From an uncultured Pirellulales bacterium (GTDB lineage: Bacteria > Planctomycetota > Phycisphaerae > Sedimentisphaerales > SM23-30), in the NCBI GenBank assembly GCA_964537505.1, contig CAZICK010000001.1, positions 11,530-75,529 of the forward strand: 64,000 bases of DNA, written 5' to 3'. The first letter of the stretch is position 1, and every line of letters starts with the position of its first letter. The notes beneath the pieces were generated by a model. It was not told where the DNA came from. It searched no databases and was given only the letters and a program-made list of their open reading frames with translations. Made by a program: the position numbers and the translations under genes. Below are positions 37,096 through 44,842 of this stretch, one piece after another.

Positions 37096-37533
37096 ATGAA
37101 AAATTACCATCAACAAACAGCAAAAGCGTTCACCCTGCTCGAACTTATGATCGTCATAGTAATCATGGGTATGTTGGCAACAATCGTTATGCCCAAGATA
37201 CTAAACCGACCCGAACAGGCCCGGCGCACCAAGGCCACCGTGGAAATCAAAAACATTGAAGCGGCACTCGCGCTGTTCAACACCGACACCAGGCGATTTC
37301 CCACAACATCAGAGGGATTGGCGATCTTGGCATCAGAATCCAACCTCTCGATCGAAGGCTACCAGCCGGACGGATATCTCCCCAGGGTCCCTGTCGATCC
37401 ATGGGGAAAACCTTATATTTACATCAGCCCGGGTGTACATGGCAAAAATTACGATCTGGAATCTTATGGCAAAGACGGTGAAGACGGCGGCGCCGGCGAC
37501 GACGCCGACATCGAAAACTGGAACATCAATTAG
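37096..37533 (+). CDS. gspG: Major pseudopilin GspG
   Basis: 145 aa. KAFTLLELMIVIVIMGMLATIVMPKI prepilin motif and the conserved PVDPWGKPYIY and DLESYGKDG blocks. Confidence 0.9.
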   Translation: MKNYHQQTAKAFTLLELMIVIVIMGMLATIVMPKILNRPEQARRTKATVEIKNIEAALALFNTDTRRFPTTSEGLAILASESNLSIEGYQPDGYLPRVPVDPWGKPYIYISPGVHGKNYDLESYGKDGEDGGAGDDADIENWNIN

Positions 37534-37623
37534 TTACTGTTACCCAAACAAAAACTTGTCATCCACGCAAGGTAACCTGTCATTCCCGCGAAGGCAGAAC
37601 ACTAAGCGAAGCGGAGAGCCACA

Positions 37624-38037
37624 ATGGCGAATCCAGTATTTTGGCGCAAAAACAATGCCTTCACACTTATCGAAGTCATAGCCGCCCTGGCGGTCGTAGC
37701 CATCGCTATGGTTGCGCTTATACGTCTGCACCTTATCAGCATCAACATGACCGACAGTACCGACGTAAGCACCCAGGCCACATTACTGGCCCAGGAAAAA
37801 ATGACCGCTGCTTTGTCGGACGCCTTGTCTGACCGCCCCACCGTCTCCCAGAGTGGCGCCATCCGACAGAACAACCGGCAATTCAATTGGCAAAGTCAAA
37901 TCACCGACCTCCATCTGCCGCAATTGGACGGCAGCGATCTCACCGGGCTACGCCGCCTCCGTATGGATGTCAGTTGGAAACAGGGCCACCATGACAAACA
38001 CGTAACCCTGACCACCTATGTTGCCAAACAAAACTAA
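37624..38037 (+). CDS. Minor pseudopilin (GspI/GspH-like)
   Basis: 137 aa. NAFTLIEVIAALAVVAIAMVAL prepilin methylation motif. Its size and position fit GspI. Confidence 0.6.
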   Translation: MANPVFWRKNNAFTLIEVIAALAVVAIAMVALIRLHLISINMTDSTDVSTQATLLAQEKMTAALSDALSDRPTVSQSGAIRQNNRQFNWQSQITDLHLPQLDGSDLTGLRRLRMDVSWKQGHHDKHVTLTTYVAKQN

Positions 38038-38039
38038 CC

Positions 38040-38759
38040 ATGAAAAGACAAACTCAAAAAAATATCAGGAACACCGGCTTCACACTGATTGAGATCACTA
38101 TATCCATCGCGATCCTGATGATCATAGTCTCGGTTGTGTACGGAACCTATTTCGCCACCTCCCAATCGGTTCTTCGATGCAACAGAAAGATAGTCCGCTC
38201 CACCGACGCCCGCTCGGTTCTGACCAGAATGACACGCCAGATACGATGTGCCTACCGACGAACCGCACCCCAAAAAGCTCCAACCGTATCATCCATAAAT
38301 CATACCCAATCTGTCAGCCCGGACGATTCTCCCACTTACCTGGCCGGCGACGCCGCCGACAACGACGGCATAATCCTGCGCCTCATCACTACCGCCCCGA
38401 TATTTTACGAACAAGATTCATACAGTGGACTTTTCGAAGCTGCCTACAAATATGATTCCATACAAGGCATCCTGTTTTATTCTCAGCGAAAATATATACC
38501 CGAACAAAAAAACAGTACCGCCGAGAGCGAAACCTGGCTGCCAATTGCCGAAAACGTCGAATCAATAGAATTGTCTTTTTACGACGGTCGCCGCTGGCAC
38601 GATCAATGGAACTCACGGGACGACGGCAAACTGCCGCACGCAGTCAAAATAAACATTGTTTTTGCTGACGAAAATTCCGGCTCGACCAGCTTTTCCACCG
38701 CCGCCTATGTAAATTGTCACCAGCCGGCCCAAGTATATATCGCTCAACAGAAACCGTAA
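38040..38759 (+). CDS. Minor pseudopilin (GspJ-like)
   Basis: 239 aa. GFTLIEITISIAILMIIVS prepilin motif. Starts 3 nt after the previous stop. Confidence 0.6.
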   Translation: MKRQTQKNIRNTGFTLIEITISIAILMIIVSVVYGTYFATSQSVLRCNRKIVRSTDARSVLTRMTRQIRCAYRRTAPQKAPTVSSINHTQSVSPDDSPTYLAGDAADNDGIILRLITTAPIFYEQDSYSGLFEAAYKYDSIQGILFYSQRKYIPEQKNSTAESETWLPIAENVESIELSFYDGRRWHDQWNSRDDGKLPHAVKINIVFADENSGSTSFSTAAYVNCHQPAQVYIAQQKP

Positions 38760-38767
38760 TAAAAAAT

Positions 38768-39862
38768 ATGAAGCACGAACACAAACATATAGCACATAAC
38801 CGGGGTTTTGTACTCATAACGGTACTATTGATAGTGGTTTTATTGACAGCCCTGCTATTGGAGTTCAACTATGCTTCACGCACGCATCTGCAGGCCGCTG
38901 ACAGTTTCTCTACTCGTCTGCAGGCCCTGAATTGCGCCAGGGCCGGATTGAATATCGCCATTGCCGCCATAAATAAAAACCCCGACATTCGCACCAACCG
39001 CACTTTACGCGGTATGCTCGCGGGCTTATCTGTTTATGATATTGACCCCGGCCGATGCAGCCTCGAGCTTACCGAAGAAAACGGTAAAATAAACATCAAT
39101 ATGCTCAGGGACCGCAGCGGCCGTCTCGACCAGGTCAGAATCAATCAACTATTGCGACTGATCGATCTGCTCAATCAGAACATACGCAAACACTCCAATT
39201 GTCCGCTCATCGGTTACAGTCTCGCTCCCGCCATTATCGATTGGACCGATCCTGACGAGCAGGTTACAGTCTTGCCTTTTGTAAGTCGTGAAAACATCGG
39301 AGCCGAGTCGGACTATTACAAGACCACGCCGACCCCCTGCAAGTGTAAGAATCAGCCTTTCGAAATCCTTGAAGAACTTTCATTGGTCAGAGGTATGACC
39401 GCTGAAATCCTTCACGGCAAAACCCTCAAAAACAATGAAGCCTTCCAAAACGATGGACCCTTCCAGAACGATGGACCCTTTCAGAACGACGAACAAAATT
39501 CAACCGACGCCCTTAGCGATTATCTAACCGTCTGCGGCGACGGAAAAATCGACATCAATTGTGCCCCGGCCCTGGTGATTCAATCGCTTTCCGAACATAT
39601 CGATCCGGCCTTGGCTCAGATGGTTGTCGATCAGCGAAAGGACCAGCCGTTTTCCAGCATTGCACAACTGCGGGATTTCCCCGGTCTCTCGTCCGTCGCG
39701 ATTCCTGCCATAGCCGAAATGCTAACTACAGATCCCACAGACAGATACTACAAAATAACAGCTTCCGGCAGTGTAAACCAAATTTGCGCGACTATTACCG
39801 CCATAATTAAAACAAACTCAGTCTCTCAAAATACCGAAATAATACTGTATAAGGAATTGTAA
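38768..39862 (+). CDS. gspK: GspK-like minor pseudopilin
   Basis: ATG 38768 lies within ORF 38714-39862. RGFVLITVLLIVVLLTALLLEF is a non-canonical prepilin-like start lacking Glu+5, as in GspK. A helix-hairpin-helix-like region occupies the C-terminal part. Confidence 0.65.
   Translation: MKHEHKHIAHNRGFVLITVLLIVVLLTALLLEFNYASRTHLQAADSFSTRLQALNCARAGLNIAIAAINKNPDIRTNRTLRGMLAGLSVYDIDPGRCSLELTEENGKININMLRDRSGRLDQVRINQLLRLIDLLNQNIRKHSNCPLIGYSLAPAIIDWTDPDEQVTVLPFVSRENIGAESDYYKTTPTPCKCKNQPFEILEELSLVRGMTAEILHGKTLKNNEAFQNDGPFQNDGPFQNDEQNSTDALSDYLTVCGDGKIDINCAPALVIQSLSEHIDPALAQMVVDQRKDQPFSSIAQLRDFPGLSSVAIPAIAEMLTTDPTDRYYKITASGSVNQICATITAIIKTNSVSQNTEIILYKEL
39443..39490 (+). repeat. 18-bp in-frame tandem repeat (2.7 copies) inside gspK encoding FQNDGP FQNDGP FQND
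   Basis: TTCCAAAACGATGGACCC / TTCCAGAACGATGGACCC / TTTCAGAACGAC read directly from the sequence. Confidence 0.9.
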
Positions 39863-39919
39863 AATTGTGCGCAAAATAGTCGAGAAATGTATCATATACA
39901 GATCAGTATCTACCCTGTA

Positions 39920-39982
39920 TGGTGCCGGCCCTTGCCGGTTTGGTACCGGTTTTTACCTGTTTGGTGCCGGTTTTTGCCGGTT
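39920..39982 (+). repeat. 3 x 21-bp tandem repeat between gspK and the gspL-like gene
   Basis: TGGTGCCGGCCCTTGCCGGTT / TGGTACCGGTTTTTACCTGTT / TGGTGCCGGTTTTTGCCGGTT. Confidence 0.9.
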
Positions 39983-40008
39983 TGAGGGCGTTTTGTTATA
40001 GGTTTGTG

Positions 40009-41478
40009 ATGACTAAAAGATGTATCGGCATAGATTTCGACAGTTTCGGTCTTTGTGCGGTCCAGATGGCTCGTAACGGTGACCGGTTCCGTATGGAAAA
40101 GGTGTTCAGTTGCCCTATGCGCCGGGAATCCGATTCGCCCGTACAGTTGCTCCAGTCACTTCTCGGCCGAGGCGGTTTTGACAAACGCGGGGCCGTGGCT
40201 GTTTCCATGTCCCATAATGGTATCTTCTTCCGCACCATCCAAAACGGCGGTTCGACCGATAAATCGACCGAAACGAAGAAAAACACCGCTGCCAGGAACG
40301 ATTTCCCTATATCTGCCGAACAAATCATCACCGCTAACTGTTTGCCCGGCAGTGATTTGCGAAGCAGAAAAACCACGCTTGAAATCGCGGTCAGCAGAAA
40401 ATCGCTGAACTGCCGGATCGAGACAGTGCGGCAGGCGAAGATGCGATGTGAGCACGTGGATGGGCCGGTTTTCGCCGTTTACGCGGCCGTGGCGGTTAAC
40501 CATCCTGAGATTGCCTGCGGGACGGCTATAGTTGTTTATACGGATCATTCGCACATAATCATAGCTGTTACGGAAAATAACGACATTCTTGCAGTCCGCA
40601 ATATTCCCAATTCCGGCGGAGCCGAAACCGATAACGGTGGCAACTCAGATGAGATGGCTTCATTACTGCTGCGGGAGACAGAACTTACGTGGAGAGCGGC
40701 ATTTGGCAAAAAAATTCCGGAAAATACCAACCTGGTTTTGGCTGGTCAGATAAGCCAGGATGCGGAAGTGATCTCAGCCTTGCAGCAGGCACTTGCCTGC
40801 CGGGCTACAGTTATGAACTTGTCGGCAAATATCGATTGTTCCGATGTTTCCGAGATGAGCTATAAGTACGTAATTGCGCAAGGGTTAGCTCTGCGTGTCC
40901 TGGCGCCCAGGGATACTATCGGCATCAATCTGATCAAAGCGGCCCGGGACAAGACCGACAAGAATATCGATATCAAGAAACATGTCGTGGTCTCGCTGGT
41001 GCTCGTGGCGGCCCTGGCGGGTGTTTGGCTGACCGGTCTGTTTGTACGTAAGTTGCGTCTGGAAAAGGACTACGAGAATATCAGGCAGCAGGGACGATTG
41101 GTATTTCAACAGACCGTGCCGAGCGAGCAAACGATTGTCAATGAACTGGCTCAACTGGATAGTCACTTACAGACGCTGCGGAGGGACTATGAGTATCTGG
41201 AACCCCTTGTGGGGACAGGAGTTAACCCAGTAGCGGTGCTGCACGCAATTTCGGTAAATACGCCGAGGGAACTGAAGGTAAGTATTGAAAACCTCTCGAT
41301 TACCGGGCCGATGGTGCGGATCAGTGCGGTTTGTAATGATTTTGAGACTGCCAATCGCTGGCGGAATATACTGCGGAAGGTGCCGCAATTCGTTTCTGTA
41401 GAAGTAGTTAGCGAGCCTGCGAGAGAACCGGACAGTGATTCGATTAGTTTTGAGATATCTATAAGGACGGAGCGATAA
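40009..41478 (+). CDS. GspL-like assembly protein (PilM-like cytoplasmic domain + TM + PilN-like periplasmic domain)
   Basis: MTKRCIGIDFDSFGLCAVQMA is an actin-like start. A single TM helix (VVVSLVLVAALAGVWLTGLFV) lies near residue 330, followed by a coiled-coil/ferredoxin-like C-terminal part. The ORF could alternatively start at ATG 39919. Confidence 0.6.
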   Translation: MTKRCIGIDFDSFGLCAVQMARNGDRFRMEKVFSCPMRRESDSPVQLLQSLLGRGGFDKRGAVAVSMSHNGIFFRTIQNGGSTDKSTETKKNTAARNDFPISAEQIITANCLPGSDLRSRKTTLEIAVSRKSLNCRIETVRQAKMRCEHVDGPVFAVYAAVAVNHPEIACGTAIVVYTDHSHIIIAVTENNDILAVRNIPNSGGAETDNGGNSDEMASLLLRETELTWRAAFGKKIPENTNLVLAGQISQDAEVISALQQALACRATVMNLSANIDCSDVSEMSYKYVIAQGLALRVLAPRDTIGINLIKAARDKTDKNIDIKKHVVVSLVLVAALAGVWLTGLFVRKLRLEKDYENIRQQGRLVFQQTVPSEQTIVNELAQLDSHLQTLRRDYEYLEPLVGTGVNPVAVLHAISVNTPRELKVSIENLSITGPMVRISAVCNDFETANRWRNILRKVPQFVSVEVVSEPAREPDSDSISFEISIRTER

Positions 41479-41480
41479 TA

Positions 41481-42005
41481 ATGCGTATCTCCAGTAGGGA
41501 AAAGCAGTTATCTATCGGATTGGCGGTTTTTGTGGGGACAGTGACGTTCTACATGGTGTTGGTAAAGCCGAGCGTGGCACGGCTGGAGACACTGGAGCGG
41601 GTGGTGCCGGAAAAGCTCGTCGCCCTGCAAGAGTTGCAAAGTCAGTGCAGACAATATGTTACGTTGCAAGAGCGGATCGGTAAACTGCAGGAACAGATCG
41701 CTTCTGGGCCAGGCGATTTTATGTTGCTGTCTTTTCTGGACGGCTTGGCCGAGGAACTCGAGCTTAAGGATAATGTGGTTATGAAGGGCGAAACCCGCAA
41801 ACTGGATGCGACCTATACGGAGGCGACCGTTACCCTTGAATTGCAACATGTTACTCTCAAAGAGCTTATGGAGTTTCTTTCGCGTTTACGCAGCGAGAAT
41901 TCGCTGGTTACGATCAGTAATCTCAATATCAGCAGAGGGGATACCGGCGGTACGGACCTGCTCAATTCGACGGTTCATGTCTCGCATTTGAGGATCGGCT
42001 CATAG
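41481..42005 (+). CDS. GspM/PilO-like T2SS protein
   Basis: 174 aa. N-terminal TM helix (LSIGLAVFVGTVTFYMVLV), coiled coil, then a small alpha/beta domain. Starts 3 nt after the previous stop and is the last gene of the operon. Confidence 0.5.
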   Translation: MRISSREKQLSIGLAVFVGTVTFYMVLVKPSVARLETLERVVPEKLVALQELQSQCRQYVTLQERIGKLQEQIASGPGDFMLLSFLDGLAEELELKDNVVMKGETRKLDATYTEATVTLELQHVTLKELMEFLSRLRSENSLVTISNLNISRGDTGGTDLLNSTVHVSHLRIGS

Positions 42006-42026
42006 GTCAATTGAGTCCGAAAAATC

Positions 42027-42157
42027 GATGTAAGTGCTTATTTTTGGTTCGGGGAAATTGATGTAACTCCTTATTTTTCGTCAGTGGAAATGCGCATAAG
42101 TGCTTATTTTACGTTGTTGGAATTGATGTAAGTGCTTATTTTTGCATAGCGATTGTA
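42027..42157 (+). repeat. Four tandem 32-33-bp repeats with a conserved 19-bp core GATGTAAGTGCTTATTTTT (iteron-like)
   Basis: Units start at 42027, 42060, 42093 and 42125. The cores read GATGTAAGTGCTTATTTTT, GATGTAACTCCTTATTTTT, CGCATAAGTGCTTATTTT and GATGTAAGTGCTTATTTTT. An isolated fifth core, GATGTAAGTGCTTCT, lies at 42720-42734. Confidence 0.85.
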
Positions 42158-42269
42158 ACGATTAGGCAAGATGGGTAAGAAAAAACCGCGAAATTCGGCG
42201 AAATTTGGATGAATTCCGATGAAAAGTGATGTGGTTTGTACCATGTTTGTACCTACTTTTCACCCACTT

Positions 42270-42640
42270 CTTAACAGAAGTGGGTGAGTAAATGGGTAGA
42301 TGAGTAAATGAGTAGATGAGGGGAAGAAAGAGGGCGGACCACTTGGGGGCGCGAACTTGGAGGGAGGCGGAGTTGGAGGGATCGCGAACTTGGGGCGGTT
42401 GCCAACAGAATTGTTGGCAACAGGGTTGTTGGAATATTGCGTAGTCGGATGGGAGAGAGTGGAGGGGTCGGAGGTCGGCGGGGGAGAAAACAGGAGGTGA
42501 AAGGTCGGGATTTTGGTTGACATCTTGGGCGTGGCGTGGTAGAAGAGTTGTGAGTTGGGGGAAGACATAGAGCATGGACGGGAAATGAGAAAGTAAAGGT
42601 ATAAAAGGAGAAAAGAAAGAGGATTTCTGGCCTGTTTTGT
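42270..42640 (+). other. G-rich, C-depleted non-coding tract with many GGGG/GGAGG runs
   Basis: Hand count over 42281-42640 gives about 35 C in 360 nt, against G at roughly 40-45%. It contains a perfect hairpin, GTTGCCAACA-GAAT-TGTTGGCAAC, at about 42409-42432. Confidence 0.8.
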
Positions 42641-42779
42641 GTTTCCGGGCCTGTACCTAGTTTTCCTGGAGAGTACAACCAGCTAATGTTGTCAACAAGA
42701 TAACTGTTAAAAGTGTGGGGATGTAAGTGCTTCTATGGCAAAGAGTTATGTTTTTGGCTTAACAAAAATTGATTTCAAT

Positions 42780-42862
42780 GATAGTGTGATTAAATGTTTT
42801 GTTTTATTTGTTTTGATGTTAAACATCAAAACAAATAAAACAAAACATTTAATCACACTATC
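42780..42862. repeat. 83-nt perfect palindrome (two 41-nt arms, 1-nt centre), AT-rich
   Basis: Left arm 42780-42820 is GATAGTGTGATTAAATGTTTTGTTTTATTTGTTTTGATGTT, the centre is A at 42821, and the right arm 42822-42862 is the exact reverse complement. Confidence 0.95.
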
Positions 42863-43035
42863 GCGATATTGGGACTTTTGGCGGCGGCAGTCGATTTTAG
42901 GCTTTCCGACTTTACTTCTAACCTATAACGTACGTTCTGACCGATATTGGTTCCAGTGGTGTTGATGTTTTTATGTTTTGCCTATTGCTTTTATAAGACA
43001 GATGTGCTAGGATATGAGGATAAGGAGTTTTGATT

Positions 43036-43524
43036 ATGTTGGGTAAACGTAACATGAGGGATAGTATAGGTTATGTTACCTTGGGACTCTTTAGTCATGC
43101 CTTGCTTGATGAACTTTTGGAAGCAAAAAGCAAACCAGATATTGTTCCCGAACGTAAGAAAATGATAGAACTAGCAAGAGAGTCTCTCCTCGCGGTTGAT
43201 TCACCTGAAAAAATAACTAAGCGTTCACGTTTCGCTGATCTTGTTTTTCAAAATTATCAAGAGATTACCACCCTTCGTAGTGTGCTCAATCCCCAAGGGA
43301 TTTTTAAAAGCAGCGAGGAAGCGGAAGAAGCTTTAAATATTATTCTTGGAGATAAAACAGATCGGGAAAAAAGAGGCCAGCATATTGAAAAGACAATAGG
43401 GTTTTTCCGTGAACTTGCCAAGAAGTCTATAATAAATGCAGAGACACCGGAAGAACGAGTGCCCCCGGGGGTGAGACAGGTTGCGTCATCAAGCAGTTTT
43501 GCACAATTATACAGCGGCTTATAA
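43036..43524 (+). CDS. Hypothetical small, predicted all-helical protein (cassette gene 1)
   Basis: ATG 43036 lies 8 nt after AAGGAG (43022-43027). 162 aa, Lys/Glu-rich, with no motif I recognise. Low GC. Confidence 0.6.
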   Translation: MLGKRNMRDSIGYVTLGLFSHALLDELLEAKSKPDIVPERKKMIELARESLLAVDSPEKITKRSRFADLVFQNYQEITTLRSVLNPQGIFKSSEEAEEALNIILGDKTDREKRGQHIEKTIGFFRELAKKSIINAETPEERVPPGVRQVASSSSFAQLYSGL

Positions 43525-44842
43525 GCTTGTTTCTTCCCTAAAAGAAATCATATCAAAAAGCCGAGCCGATAATTCCTATCCTAAATATTCAGATCAATTT
43601 CTCCTTTTCTGCCAACGTACGGCTGACGATACCCTTAGGTATCTCGAGAAGTCCGGTAATCCTAAAACCGCTAAACTAGATTTTGATATACTTATTTCTA
43701 AACTATCCGCGATTAGGCAAGGTTGGGAGCTACTCCACACTTTTATAAAACCGGTTCTCGATGCAGATAGCTTAAAGGTACCTTATTCGTTAATTCAATT
43801 TCTCAGCGAACACACCGGGAAACTGAGTGTGGTTAAGGGAACAAAAATTGTCATAGAATCAAACCCGGAGTTGAACTATTTCCAGCATCGTCATACTGAG
43901 CTTATAATAGCAATTAAATTTCTTCTAATTTTGATAGGAGAACCGGAGAATTTGACCGAAAGAGTCAAGATTAAGCGTTTAGGTTTTCTTGGTTTGCCCT
44001 ATTCACAATCTAAAAGTCTATTTATGAATTGCCTTCTATACCATGAAATTGGCCATTTTATAGCCGAAGAAGCGGGTGTTTTTTCCACAAAGATACGTAA
44101 AGATACGAAGGGGAAACTTGAACCCTTATTCGAGGAATATACGGAATGGGCCGGAAACATAATTTTAGTGTGGATGGAAGAACTTTTTGCTGATCTTGTG
44201 GCAGTTAAACTTTTGGGACCGGCATACACTTTAGCCTACATGGAATTATATCGCTCGGTTATTGATTTGTCTTCAGATCAAATTTTAGAATTTGATATTG
44301 ATCACCCTTGTGCCCCCTTAAGATTTCGGGAACAAGTTAAAGCTCTTAAAAAAGATAAATGGGAACAACACATTAAGTTAGAGCAGTGGGAGAGACTTAA
44401 AGGGGTATCACGATCAAAGGAGAGTGCATATAAGTCTTCGCTTATATTACATATTAATGATCCTTACATGGTGAAAATATGGCAAGGTCTAATTAAGTTT
44501 TTCTGCCGCCCCGATATAATAAAAACAGTTCATGATTTAGCGGATGAATTTGTAGAGGGTAGGGAAAACCCGTGCGAACATTTTATAAAATCTGCTGAAA
44601 GAATACAAGAATGCCTTGAGCATGGAATTGTACCTTCATTTGCCGGGAAAAATGGTGACATGCCCCATCCAACCGCTATTATTAATGGCGCCATGTTTTT
44701 TTGGCTTTCTGGAATGGACGATCTTTATCAGATAGTCCCAAGTATTCACAAAGAGAAAGTAAAGGATAGAGTTGCATTAGAACAACGTGTTGAAATGTGG
44801 TGTATGAAGGCGATAGAAGATTGGCTAATAAAAAGAAAATAA
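43481..44842 (+). CDS. Hypothetical protein with HExxH zinc-peptidase-like motif (ImmA/IrrE-like arrangement) (cassette gene 2)
   Basis: 453-aa ORF opening at TTG 43481, with no internal ATG for more than 150 codons. HEIGH at codons 44042-44056, followed about 40 aa later by MEELFADLVAVKLLGPAY. Overlaps gene 1 by 44 nt. Confidence 0.65.
   Translation: MRHQAVLHNYTAAYKLVSSLKEIISKSRADNSYPKYSDQFLLFCQRTADDTLRYLEKSGNPKTAKLDFDILISKLSAIRQGWELLHTFIKPVLDADSLKVPYSLIQFLSEHTGKLSVVKGTKIVIESNPELNYFQHRHTELIIAIKFLLILIGEPENLTERVKIKRLGFLGLPYSQSKSLFMNCLLYHEIGHFIAEEAGVFSTKIRKDTKGKLEPLFEEYTEWAGNIILVWMEELFADLVAVKLLGPAYTLAYMELYRSVIDLSSDQILEFDIDHPCAPLRFREQVKALKKDKWEQHIKLEQWERLKGVSRSKESAYKSSLILHINDPYMVKIWQGLIKFFCRPDIIKTVHDLADEFVEGRENPCEHFIKSAERIQECLEHGIVPSFAGKNGDMPHPTAIINGAMFFWLSGMDDLYQIVPSIHKEKVKDRVALEQRVEMWCMKAIEDWLIKRK

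Noticed and set aside
42027-42157. Possible mini-CRISPR array
   Set aside because: The conserved core is about 19 nt and the intervening segments are only about 13-14 nt and are themselves similar to one another. There are only four units and no cas genes. The structure is a plain tandem repeat, not a repeat-spacer array.
42162-42678. Three overlapping - strand ORFs (137, 102 and 135 aa) with Pro/Ser/Thr-rich low-complexity translations
   Set aside because: All three reverse frames are open only because the + strand almost lacks C, which leaves few CTA or TCA triplets. There are no RBS or start context and no domain-like sequence. I treat them as a compositional artefact of the G-rich tract.
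42735-42965. 76-aa + strand ORF spanning the 83-nt palindrome
   Set aside because: Its middle is the palindrome itself, which translates to a mirror-like low-complexity sequence. It has no RBS. It is very likely non-coding.
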